Positions 40,531 to 51,671 of a DNA stretch of 64,000 nucleotides are shown here, one piece after another. Origin of the DNA: Dicyema japonicum (taxonomy: Eukaryota > Animalia > Dicyemida); NCBI GenBank assembly GCA_011109175.1, contig RDEW01000011.1, forward strand, positions 807,061-871,060, written 5' to 3'. The position numbers and the translations under genes were made by a program. The notes under the pieces were generated by a model, which did not search any database, had not been told where the DNA came from, and was given only the letters and a program-made list of their open reading frames with translations. Each line of letters starts with the position of its first letter. Positions within the stretch are counted from its first letter, which is position 1.

Positions 40531-41797
40531 CAATAAACCCCCATTAATCCGAACTTCAATAATCCGAAAAACTTCAATAATCCGAATTTTTTGATGAGTC
40601 AGCAAAATTTTACGAAGATTTCATTCAAACAGGCTTCAATAAACCGAAACTTTATAATCCGAAAGACATTTATTAAAAATTTCGGATTAATCTATTTTGT
40701 TTTTTTAAATTAATTTAAAATTTAAAATCTACTTGTCTCCAGTATTATTCAATCTATTCATGGCGGAGCTCTCCACACCGGACGCTGAAGATGTATTATT
40801 CTGACTTATGCCGACGACATCTGACAGTACCACATGGCTAGAAAGAGGACGGAAATTTCTATCGAACAGAAAAAAACAGATTTGTAAAATAAAAATACAT
40901 CAAAAATGACTCTCAGAGAAATATCCCACATTTGTGGTATAAAAAATGAACCTTTATTTGGGAATTTTCGACACTTTCAGAAATTCTTAAAAATCGTGAA
41001 AATGGGAAAACTCTGAAACTACGATTAACAAGTCAAGACAGCCAGGTGGTAAACATCATCAGTAAACAACATCATCAAACTTGATAATTCACTTGTTGAA
41101 ATGGATTTCAAGGATGGAGACAATTGATGGTTTATCACTCATTTCAAAAAGCTTTGGTGAAAAGCTTGGAATCAATGAGCTTGAAGTTAGTAAAGGCTGC
41201 AACAGATTTAAAGGAAGATTTATCTTAAACTAAAAGTTCTTCAAACTAAAAATTTTTATTGTCGGCAAACCACCTGATGTCACAATACTGCAAGATCAGT
41301 CACATTCTTACGTCAAAAGATATTCGACCCAAGAAAGTCCAACCTCCACGAGGTACGATGGGTAACTTTGATCCATGATTGATCTCAAAGGTCTTGATGG
41401 CATATGTATACTCAACTTGAAACACCTCGGACCTAACAGACTCAGTTCTCTTAATTGAATAGAAAAAAATATGATTAAGTTAAAAGATGTTGGATATGTA
41501 ACAAAAAGAACTAGAAGAACCTGCTAATGAGGAAGAAATCAACAGAAACGCTCAACAGAACGAAATCGTCACCCTTTTTGTTAAATTATAATATCGACGA
41601 GGAAATTATTTTGCCTTACTTTTTGGAAATATAAAGAAAATTTAGAACTTCCTATGGACAATTCTCGAATCCGCGTTTCATTAATATGGAAAATTTTATA
41701 ATTCATTATTTCTAAGTTAAAAATTGAATTAGTATATTCGCTACCTTCACAATCAGAAAGGACCCAATTTTTTGTTCGGATTAATGAGGGTTTACTG
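40531..41797 (+). mobile_element. pogo/Tigger DNA transposon with 24-bp TIRs and TA target duplication; non-autonomous, with nested insertions
   Basis: Left CAATAAACCCCCATTAATCCGAAC versus right (reverse complement) CAGTAAACCCTCATTAATCCGAAC; TA on both sides; subterminal (AT)AATCCGAA repeats; CENP-B-like HTH MARKRTEISIEQKK...STLSEILKNRE at about 40835. Confidence 0.9.
41242..41451. repeat. Unclassified ~210-bp interspersed repeat, copy 2 (inside the pogo element)
   Basis: See 36709-36919. Confidence 0.9.
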
Positions 41798-42789
41798 TAT
41801 TAAGTAAATCTCGATTGTTAGACATAATTTGAATAATTTCATTTGGTTCATCATATGGAGATTCAAATCAGCTCAACTTTAGTAGATTAGTCCCATAATC
41901 CTTTAAAACTCGTATCTAAAATATTCGCTAAAAAGCCTTGATGGTCCTTAGTTCCAATCTCGTGCTGTACATTCAGCTGAAGGTTCCGCCCATCTACGAT
42001 GTTTACGAGTGCCGCCTCACACCAGGACTCACATCCAACAAAAAAAGTGGAGATCATTCCTAGGTTCTCTCTCGCCGTTTAGTTATGATAACTGCTCTTT
42101 ACTTAATAAAGTGTGTCCTCCTTGGGAGGAGCTATGACTAGTATGGCTCTTCGTAAAGCGGAGTATCATCACGCTCACGATTGGCTCCTCAGTTTAAAAA
42201 ATGGTGTTTTATTTGTAGAAGAATGAATAGTGGCGTTTTATGCAAAAAATGCTTCGTTAAATAAATTTTAGTTGATTCTTCAGTCAATGAAAGATTTCTT
42301 AGGTTTTATTAAACCTTTCCATGATGATTTGGTATTCCATGAATATCTACATTCCCATAATTTAGGCTATTCTATTCGTTCCGCGTCTGAATGATCCTCG
42401 ATACTAGTCCCACCCTCTCTTGTTCGATGCCACGCTCCTTAGATTACTGAGGTCATCATCGTCCCTTATTGTTCTGCTCACAGGTCTCAGGTCACTGTTC
42501 AAGACTTTGGGAAGCGTTTTACGTGAATGACCTCGGAACTCTTCCTCAGATGTTCAAAAGAATTCTTCCATGATGATGTTTGCTGGAGTGTCTCGCTTCA
42601 TTCTTAGAATTTGAACAAACAGTTTCCAGGGTGTCTTCTTGATCAGGGTGCTCAGAGGTCCAGAGGAGTATCTTTTGTAAAATGCTTCACTCCTTACACG
42701 ACCACTTTAGTCCCAAGAGAGACCGAAGTTGCTATCTATGAAAGTAGTCAAGCCTTTGTCCATCGGTTTTCGAGATTCCCCACGTGTCG

Positions 42790-43700
42790 GAGTTGTACGT
42801 AAGGATCGGTTTACGAAAGCCTCATATAACCTAGGCGGAGTTCAGACGCCATTGGACCAATCCTTTCATAAGATTTTTCATGGTCGCCGTAGATAACAAT
42901 TTCCTTCTCACAATGTCTTTGGAGACCCCGAGGAGTGAGCCAAGCTTTATTGTCATTTTCCAGTTTTCGGTACTGCGTGGTTCCATCCGCTTGATTTAGA
43001 CGATATCCGTTTTCGAAGTGTTCATTGATAGAGATCCTCTGGCCAGGCGGTCTATTGCTACCTCCAGGAGACGTCGAAGTTGTTCTTCAAGTAAAAGTCA
43101 ACATCATCGGCTTAAACAATTTCCACTATATTTTCACTGTAATACTTCTCGAAATCTCGTAGAGCTGATCCAAGGTATCAGCGAACAGCATCGGAGGGAG
43201 TCTCTTTGAGGTGTGCCCACTGTTGTCACGATTGCTCCCTATGGCACCATACTACATCAGCTGTTGATCTCCCAGACCTGAAACAACTATGACTTTGGGC
43301 CAAGTATCCGTCATAATTACGATCAGGGAAAGGATCCTCCGCAGGGTATTTAGAATAATCTGTTCGACAGTATTTCCTATTGTTTTTTCATTTTTTTCCA
43401 AAGAAGGTAGGTTCTTCCTCATCATTAGTCTTATAGCCAAAAATGTTGCAGAGTTTTTTAAGATGATGTTCGACTTCTTTAATCTTGTTCTCCAACTTGT
43501 TGGTGTGATGCTTTTTTGTTTGAAAGTTTGATTTTCCTCTCGATTTGTCTTCGTTCGTGTTTCTGCTTGGAAACAGTTTGCGAATTCACAGTATTTTCGC
43601 ATCTGATCCTTAAATCCTTCTGTAGGTTCAATATGACTGGAACGTCTGGGTGACCCTGACTGATGTGGAGTCTTGATCCCATGAATGCCTACCACATTGC
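42790..43700 (-). mobile_element. RTE retrotransposon, internally deleted (linker plus RT)
   Basis: 42790-43250 is clearly similar at DNA level to 27490-27840; ILNTLRRILSLIV and SGFRSG motifs. Confidence 0.8.
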
Positions 43701-43779
43701 GTTTGGATAAAGTATCCCATGGTGAATCCCATAGCCATCCCCCGCCGTTAAACTAGATTTTAAGTTGAATTTTGCGGAC

Positions 43780-44390
43780 ACAATTATGTGGTCACTGTCT
43801 ACAGTGAGTCTTCCATAAGACATCGAGTCACGTAAGCGAGAGTTGTCATATTCGACAAAAATATAATCGATTATAAATCTTTAGCGGGTTTCCGAGGGTC
43901 AAAAGTCGAGAGTCTGTCCACGTTGTTTCACGGCGTGCGGAATGTTGGAAGTGGGTGTTGCACAGGAACAAGTCAAGGCATCGCAGAAATATGCTAGAAC
44001 CATTTCTAGATAATCTTGTCTACTGGCCCTGGGGTAGTGAGGTCATGTGGAATGAGACTCACGGTTTCCTGAAGATTCTCTGGAACGTAAAAACTTGGAT
44101 TTTATTTAACTGTAGCTTTCATAAGAGTAAAGGGGAATATATTGTGGCACGTGTTTCTCTCCATTCAGTAACGACTCTGGCCTCTTTTTCCGGATAGCTT
44201 CGATCTTCGTCCAAGAGATTAAATTCTGATGGTTCACCATCGTGACTGCGAAGGTCCAGTCATTCGGCCAATACGTGCTTGTGTGGGGTCGATAAAGGAG
44301 CATCGGGCCAAGATGAGGTCCCTGCTAGAGCGTGCTGGGATCACGTGATTAGTTAGTTTGTGTAACCGTGGTCTCTAGTGTTATTATTAT
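43780..44390 (+). mobile_element. I-like LINE 3' portion
   Basis: LAGFRGSKVESLSTLFHG; ends GGGATCACG...CGTGGTC plus (TTA)n. Confidence 0.5.
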
Positions 44391-44929
44391 GTCACGTTCG
44401 AACTCATCACAATTTACATTAAAAAAACAATATAGGTCAGTTTAAATAATAATTTTGGCTTCTTTTTGCAATCAGGTTTCCAAATTTTAGCTTATTTAAA
44501 AAAAACTATATTTTTTAAATTTTATCGTTAATTGGAGCTCCTTTATTTCTCTGACTGACGGAAGCACGTGAAAGTATTCTCGCTATTAATTTCATGGTTC
44601 TTTTTCCCGCAGTCCTGCAAGCTGCCCGATCAGTCTGATAATCTTCGCCGTGATGGGACCAAGCATATTGAAGAATATGTTTGTTTATGTTGGAAGCAGA
44701 TCACTGACCCTGCTGAACCGTATCTGATCGCCTATCGCAAGGAGGAAGAAAGATATTAGAGAAATGAGGTAGCCTATTGAACCAACTTCCTTACATGTCG
44801 TCATGGGAGATGGGTTTTCAATTCCGAGAGAGCCCAGCCTTGAAGGAAGAAACTACTATTTTTTGCGTAGTTAAAAATAAATTTTTTCTTATTGCACTCG
44901 CAGCATTGAGTGAGCTATTGAAAAGTTCA

Positions 44930-46200
44930 AAAAATTCTCCAAATATGGATCATTTGCAACATCTTGCTGATTTACACACATTGAACACACAAGACCTCAT
45001 TAAGGACACTGATAGCTGCACATCTCCCGATTTAACCTTATGTTTCCCCTTTTAGCAGGACTTGCCTCATGGAATGTGAATTGTGGATATTCCAGCGACC
45101 ACAAAACTATCCTTCTTAAGATTTGGAAGAACTCTCTTATCAAACCAGTATTGAAGGATGGAAAACCGAAGGGAAAGCGGGCTTCATACAAATCCATCTC
45201 CCTAACCAGCATGTTATCAAAAAATATGAAAAACTTGTAGTATCGGCCATTACTCCGGATCTTCCTCGACCTGCATTCCGACACGTTTTTCGTCCCGGAA
45301 GGTCCACCACTACGCATTTAACTAGGCTATCCCAATTTATTGATACCCAACCACACGTGCGTACCACAAAGGTTTCCATCGACATAGCCAAGGCTTTCAA
45401 CACAGACTCGAGGGAACTTCTCATTGGGAAAATTTTTGCTTCAAAAATTCATCCAAATCTAAAGCTGTGGTTGGCCAACTTTCTCTCTGGAAGACGTGGG
45501 AGAGTCCTGTGGTCACCTCAGATAAAAGTCACCATTACTACCAAACTGAGTACTGACTCTTTTCAACCTATTCCTCCACGACTTACCAAATGACGGGACG
45601 AAGACTCCTTGTAACTATCCTACGCGGATGATTTAATCATCGCAGCATGCAATCGTTAGACTCAAGTCGCAACCTCTAATGCCGAAGCAGACATTAAATT
45701 TTAACTCCCATGTGAAGTCCTCACTAAAGGCTTCTAGAAGTCGAATGTTATATGTGCACCCTTCCAGAGGACCCCGTGGAATTTGGATGTTTCTGTTGCA
45801 ACCCACGATCGAGCCGGCTGTGGAGTACTCCCCTGTTGCATGGAGATTCGCGTTATCGGTGACTACACTTCACAGACTCAATTCAATATACCGAAAAACT
45901 ATGACGGGCCCTCACATTGGATAACAGTCATTCTTCTACTCACGGAAGATATGATCCGTAATCGCGGATCGGATTCCTTCGGGTCTGTGAGGAAGATGGA
46001 AACACACTTCGCCTCTCCATTTCAAAGGAAAAAAAACCGATTGGATAAATGTCCCATATTGTCTCTAAACAAAGGCTTGGAATAATCCCCAGAGGTTGAT
46101 AGACCCCTATTCTCGGCAAGGATCTCTATTCAGTATGGATTGATGTTAAGAGGGTCCTTGATTCTGTTAAACAATTTTTTATTTCATGTGTTGGATGATT
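44930..46200 (+). mobile_element. I/Jockey-like LINE (APE end, RT, C-terminus), internally deleted
   Basis: SPDLTL, SSDHKTI, YKSISLTSMLSK, FRPGRSTTTHL, VSIDIAKAF, SYADDLII and VEYSPVAW motifs. Confidence 0.85.
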
Positions 46201-46248
46201 CTGGGATTCCTTTTCGGTGGTTAACTCTGTGAAGAGCGTAGTAAAGAA

Positions 46249-46640
46249 GTGGACTGTAAACCTCCACTTTGGTCAAATAAGAATTGTGTCTGTAAGCTGA
46301 AACGTTGCATTTTGCAGGGGGATTCATTATCTCCACAACTATTTATTTTGGCGATGGACCCACCAGGCAGGATCCTTAATCTGAAGTTCTCTAGGAGGAT
46401 ACTCATATATAGTAGAAGCTATTGGTGGATCCTTCAGGGTTGTCGGACAGGAAATGAACTCAAGAAATCTGCTACCAATCTGACACCGTTGTCATGTTTG
46501 AAGACTTTGGAGGGAGTTGATAGATATCGGTACTTGGGAGTACTCGAGATAAATGGGGTAATATTCTCAAGAAGGTTATATCCATACTTGAGAATGTTTA
46601 GAAAAGAATAACGGAGCTTTCGGGGACAAAACGAAATACC
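46249..46640 (+). mobile_element. R4/NeSL-like RT fragment
   Basis: CILQGDSLSPQLFILAMDP and YRYLGVLE. Confidence 0.65.
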
Positions 46641-46689
46641 CGAATCGAGAAAATGTTCGGGGAGGATTAACACTGGGTGCCTTTAAAGT

Positions 46690-46900
46690 GAAATGATATT
46701 CTCCAATTTATAGAATCTTGGAAAGGATGTCTGTTATTTATTTGAGGAGGTCGAACGTGGAAACATCTAGCAGAGCGAGTGGAAATAACGGTCGAGGACA
46801 AAGCGTTATACTGCCTTTTGCAAGACAGAAATTTATTTTTCTCAAGCAAGGTATCGTTGTGTAACCATTGCAAGAAAAATAAAAAAAACTGTTGATCACA
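46690..46900 (-). mobile_element. LINE RT fragment
   Basis: LEKNKFLS...LALLDVSTFD. Confidence 0.4.
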
Positions 46901-47039
46901 TGTCAACCTGATGTGGTAAAATGCTAAACAGTGATTGTCCGATGATTCAACAAAGTGGTGAAGTGTGTACATTTCCATTTCTGCAGGATCGCCACTAACA
47001 AGTAGAGGTATGACCTTTTGAAAGAGAGCTCTCACTTCT

Positions 47040-47170
47040 CTGCTGTCGGTTAAAAATTATTCTGCTGGTTACCTGGGATGGGGTTGTCTCTAAATGCTAC
47101 AAGAAGCTACGAGGACTTAGATTGAATCAGCCGTCATAAAAACTTTAGAGAGTAAGGTGTTCAGTGTGGG
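47040..47170 (+). mobile_element. R4-like RLE C-terminal fragment
   Basis: LLVTWDGVVSKCYKK...KTLES. Confidence 0.5.
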
Positions 47171-47348
47171 GTTAGAGTCTAAGATCTCATATATGGTTCA
47201 AACCAAAAAGTGGCACGTGCAAACTATGTGGGTGCACGCTGTAAGAGAAATGGCTAACACAGTATGGAGAAAAGGGATCAGCTGGTACATTCCTATAAGA
47301 GGAGGGCGATTGCTTGCGATGTGGATAATTAAATAAAGTTAAAGGTTA

Positions 47349-47810
47349 TTAAATATCAATTAAATTTTCCAATGAAAATGGTAAATTATATTTAGAATAA
47401 TTTTTATGCGGTGGTTGAATGTGAATCAAATTTTCCAATGAAAACGGCAAATTTACTTTGGGTTGATGTAATTTTGTAGGTTTTTCATAAAAATCAACAA
47501 TCTTTATGTTTATATGCAAATTACTTGATTGGGATGTTTGATAAATTTGTATATATACTTGTGTCCCTTAACTTTACTGATTATGCTCTTTCGGTAATAA
47601 TATCTCAATGAACGGCTTAGTTTATCATAATTCATTTTTGGCCTGTTTTTGTATGATCCCCAACGTCGAGCCACTTCCTCCGGGTTTATAAATTTAAACT
47701 CAAATTGGCAATTTATCCATTTTATAATATTTGAGTTTTGTTGATCATTTAAAAGATCGCCTATGAATTTCCACAATGGTTTTTTTCTCTTGATTTTTGG
47801 ATCTTTCCAT
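47349..47810 (-). CDS. Minimal PEA3/ETV-type ETS transcription factor with two C-terminal eh1-like motifs (2 exons)
   Basis: ETS domain PEEVARRWGSYKNRPKMNYDKLSRSLRYYY is closest to the PEA3 group. The 23-nt intron 47502-47524 opens exon 2, IVDFYEKPTKLHQPKVNLPFSLENLIHIQPPHKNYSKYNLPFSLENLIDI*. The ATG at 47810 needs one A removed from an A7 run (47780-47786). Confidence 0.9.
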
Positions 47811-48255
47811 ATTTAGACTTGTCGGAAATTATGCAAGTTTTTACGTCGTAAGTATTTTTTAAAATCAAATGTCGTAATGAAAATTAATAGATTTATTATC
47901 ATTAAATAATCGTATTAAATTTTAATAAAATAATTGTGTTACTTGTTACATAACACTCCTACAAATGGTGGACATTCACTCTCTCCAAATATTAGTCTTC
48001 TTTATATAAATATCCAGTGGATAGGTTCTCATGGGTCTAGCCGCCTATACGGCTTATTTAGAACCCCGGGATCCCCCGGTGGACAACCATGTTCATCGAT
48101 TTGTTTTGACCCCCGAGACCCCTCGTTTGGATCACGAACAAGAGGGACTGTGAAGTGATCAGGCCATAGAGGCAGGACTAATAAATGTCTCTCTAATATG
48201 TCTCCCAATTTCTGTTAATAAAGTTGTCATAATCAATATCCTGTATATTTGGATA

Positions 48256-48345
48256 TATTACGTAATAAAAAAATCGCTAAAAAATATTACGTAATAAATA
48301 ATTAAATCGTGAATTTTTAGAATTTTTGTCAAATTAATCGTGATT
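48256..48345. promoter_or_regulatory. Paired perfect palindromes TATTACGTAATA (48256-48267, 48285-48296) plus paired AATCGTGA
   Basis: Two exact 12-bp palindromes with a bZIP-type TTACGTAA core, about 450 bp upstream of the ETS ATG. Confidence 0.45.
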
Positions 48346-48384
48346 TATTATGGAACTTCTATTTTGGATATTGGATTTTTATCA

Positions 48385-48550
48385 GGAAAAGAAGATCTGG
48401 TCGACCGAGGACTCGGTGGCTATCCACGGTAGAAGACGTCACGGGAATGCCTATATCAAGGCTACTCCAAATTGCGACGGACCGGGGAGAGTGGAGAAAA
48501 TTGGCTCATGAGATCTCCAAGGGTCGGACACGACTTAATCTGGATAACAT
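48385..48550 (+). mobile_element. RTE/BovB-like 3' end
   Basis: GKRRSGRPRTRWLSTVEDVTG...DRGEWRKLAHEISKGRTRLN. Confidence 0.8.
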
Positions 48551-48569
48551 AACATATTAATTAAAAAAA

Positions 48570-48920
48570 CGAGGAGTAGACAAAAGTTATAAAACCTGTT
48601 GGAGAGGTGCTTGGGGGCAAATAGATGTCTTTGAAGCTGATCTCTATTAAAGTAATTGTATAAAGGATCTTGCCTAAATTTCCTACCCTTTCTGGATGGA
48701 CCCTTATTATTAAAATTTCACATTTCCTGAGTTTTAAATGGATTTTCAACGGTTCATTTATTAAGCAGATAACTAACTCTGTTTCTCAACGAGGGGGGGT
48801 TGTCCGCATAAGCTACAACGTCCATTCTCCCCTAAGTCTCAATTACCGATTCCAGGTATATTGCAAATAATATGGGAGATAAAGGGTCTCCCTGTGGGGT
48901 TCTCGTTGACTCCATGACTG
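48570..48920 (-). mobile_element. RTE RT fragment
   Basis: TPQGDPLSPILFAIYLES and VVAYAD. Confidence 0.7.
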
Positions 48921-49999
48921 ACTCAACAATCTTCGAGGCCTTTGCTAGGAAAATGAGCTCGTGTGCTATCTTGTGCACTCATTCACCTGCAACGAAAAAT
49001 AAAGAGATTGTGTGGTAAACTAGTATTGCTCCGATAACTTCTTCCTGTGAGATGGTTGACCAGGAGCATCTCCGGGTTTGATGTTAGTTTATGCTAAACC
49101 AGATGCTTTTGTTGAGCTTCCAGGCGGTTTTCATTTCTTCAATATATGAGCCTGGATGATTGGATAAAGGGAAGATCTCCATGGTTTTTACAAAGAAGAT
49201 CAAAAGTTCAGGATTATTTTGTTATATAATAAATTATTTAAAAAAATTAAATCAATATTATTACTCCCAATTAAATCAATATTAACCTTCTTTCCTAAGA
49301 AGAGGAGTCGTTGACTTGAAACCCATCCGTTTCCTCCTCACCCTGGTTGCCTGGCACGTCATCGAACTGATTTGCTATATGCATCAGGAGATTGGTTGCT
49401 GTAACCAAATTTTCCTTGATAGTGCGCACTCCATTATATACTCCACCAACACGCTCTCCAACTGGAAGACAACGGATTGAATGCACGTTCTAGTTGGTGC
49501 ATCAATGATTAATTATTAATTTTATAAACAGTCCCTTGACCTTGGTGAAGCTTCACCAGATGCTCTATGTTTTGGATTTCTCAAGTAAGAGCTACTCTGA
49601 TGTCAGCTCTTTAGCAAATACTCAAAGTATTATCCTTCTTCCCCATCATGTTGTTATAGCTAAAGTAAAGTTATGTTCCCCCTTTTTTGTACGAATAAAA
49701 ATCCTGAATAGTTTGCAGATTTGTAGGTTTTTATCAATAAAATTATTTTTATCATTATTTTGCTTTAGGTTTTTAATTCCATATCTTTTCCTAGTGATGG
49801 AGGATGCTTGGGTTGCGAGTGTTCTAATAAACGAGATTGAATAAACTTAACACATATGACAACCACAAGGGCATAGACGGATAATTGGATTTAAAAAAAA
49901 GAAAAAATTTTATTTTTAACAGATACTATCAAAAGTTGCATTTACTCCACACTTTTCTCGAGATTGCAATTTTTTGGAAAATGTCTATATCATCCGCGT

Positions 50000-50330
50000 C
50001 TTTTAATGCCACTTTAACATGTTTTTGATCAATGTTCACTTTTGATGGCAAATTGTAATGGATTCCCTCTAAAAGCCCCTGAGCAGAAGTATGATTCTAC
50101 AATTTAGTTGTCTCCCCATTCTGATTTTTCTTTTGTCCCAGCCAAGCGATTATGTGTATCGCCGGATTTTTTAATGCCGTGTTACAAAGAATTTTCTTGG
50201 TTGAAGTGGTGACGTTTCTCCATTGCACATGTCTAGTATACACCCTGGAGAACTTGTAGAAAAATTTCGTCTTCAATACGAAGAACACAGTTGACCTCAG
50301 TCGTTATGGGGTTTCAACTTATGGGTGGCT
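50000..50330 (-). mobile_element. Possible piggyBac-like transposase remnant
   Basis: A WRNVTT-like motif in a degenerate frame; weak support. Confidence 0.3.
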
Positions 50331-50439
50331 AATACCTCTACAAAACCCGGATGAGCTAATGGGACTCATTCATAAAACCCGTACTTTTATATAACGCTGG
50401 ATCTTGGGCGACCTCATCAGCGGATATGGAAAAACTAGA

Positions 50440-50790
50440 CTCGTTCCACAGAGGTCAACTGAGAAAAATGACAGGAACTACTTGGCCTACGAGAATATCG
50501 AGAATGTTTTATATAAGAGATGCAGCACTAGACCTATCAGCTTAGAAGTACTGGAATCCAGATGGAAGCTTTTCGGACACGTGTTGAGGATAGAATTAAC
50601 ATCCCCACCTAACATATCTATGGAAACATATTATGTTAGTCAAGAAGGCCGCTATCGTGAAAGACCTAGAACAACACTGCCAATAGTTTTACAAAAAGAC
50701 CTGATCAACATCAAAAGAAATCTAAAAAATGCCGACGACCTGGACAACATGAGAGCTTTAGAACAGGGGACCATGGAAAAGGATGACATC
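50440..50790 (+). mobile_element. RTE C-terminal fragment
   Basis: SRWKLFGHVLRI...RPRTTLPIVLQKDL...DDLDNMRAL. Confidence 0.8.
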
Positions 50791-51387
50791 TAACCTTGTT
50801 TCTTTCTGCACATGCGGGGCTATTATTTCAGGGGTACACCTGACTTCTTATGGTCTTATGGATATTTACACATAATATTTTATTAGGTTATTTAAGTCCA
50901 TTAGGCTGTGATCCACCTCGGATGATCTTTCATTCTCTCTTGAAGCGTCTCGAATGGACTTCCAAATTTCAGTAGTGAGTATATTTCTATTCAACGAAAC
51001 GAGCACATGCTTCCATCTCGATTTTGTGCTTTGACCTCCATGTTTTTTAGTTCATAGTTCCAGGAGAGAGCAGTTTCAATATATGGTGAGCTGGAGGTTC
51101 CTTCCGGAGATGAGTTGAAAGCGCGTGCCGGAGAGACAGTTTCCTCTGAGGTAATTGTTTAATGGTTCTCTTTGGAGGTAGATTAGGTGCCTTCTGGCGT
51201 TACCAATACTTACAGAATCGGTGAACACATAACGCCAGTCTAAATTATAATTTACCTGTATAAAAATAAAAATATTATTAGATACGATATAAAAAATGAT
51301 TTTAGTTATATTAGAAATTAAATTAATTTTTTTTATTAATTTTAAAATTAATAAAATATTTTAGTACAAAATTCGTTTTTTATAAAA

Positions 51388-51671
51388 ATGTCCAGTAACC
51401 CGACGTATAAATTAATAAAAATAATTTTAGAATTACTACTGGAAATCTTCTGGATAATCAATACTTCAAGAAGAGACAGAGTGCACAGAAAAAGTTCTTC
51501 GATTCAGGAGATCATTTCATGGCCTTGTCCCAATTACAGCCAGGAATGGACAGGGAATCCTTTTTGAATAACGCGAAAGGATCTGAACGTGCCACTTCCT
51601 ACAACATCCCTCATGACTCCTTCTGGATACCTCCACCCACTAATGGAGCTGAAAGCTTAATTTATGCCTAG
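51388..51671 (+). CDS. ENSA: Endosulfine/ARPP-19 family PP2A-B55 inhibitor (85 aa, 2 exons)
   Basis: Exon 1 51388-51404, 26-nt intron 51405-51430, exon 2 51431-51671. Product MSSNPTITTGNLLDNQYFKKRQSAQKKFFDSGDHFMALSQ... contains the Greatwall site motif FDSGD. Not in the ORF track. Confidence 0.85.
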
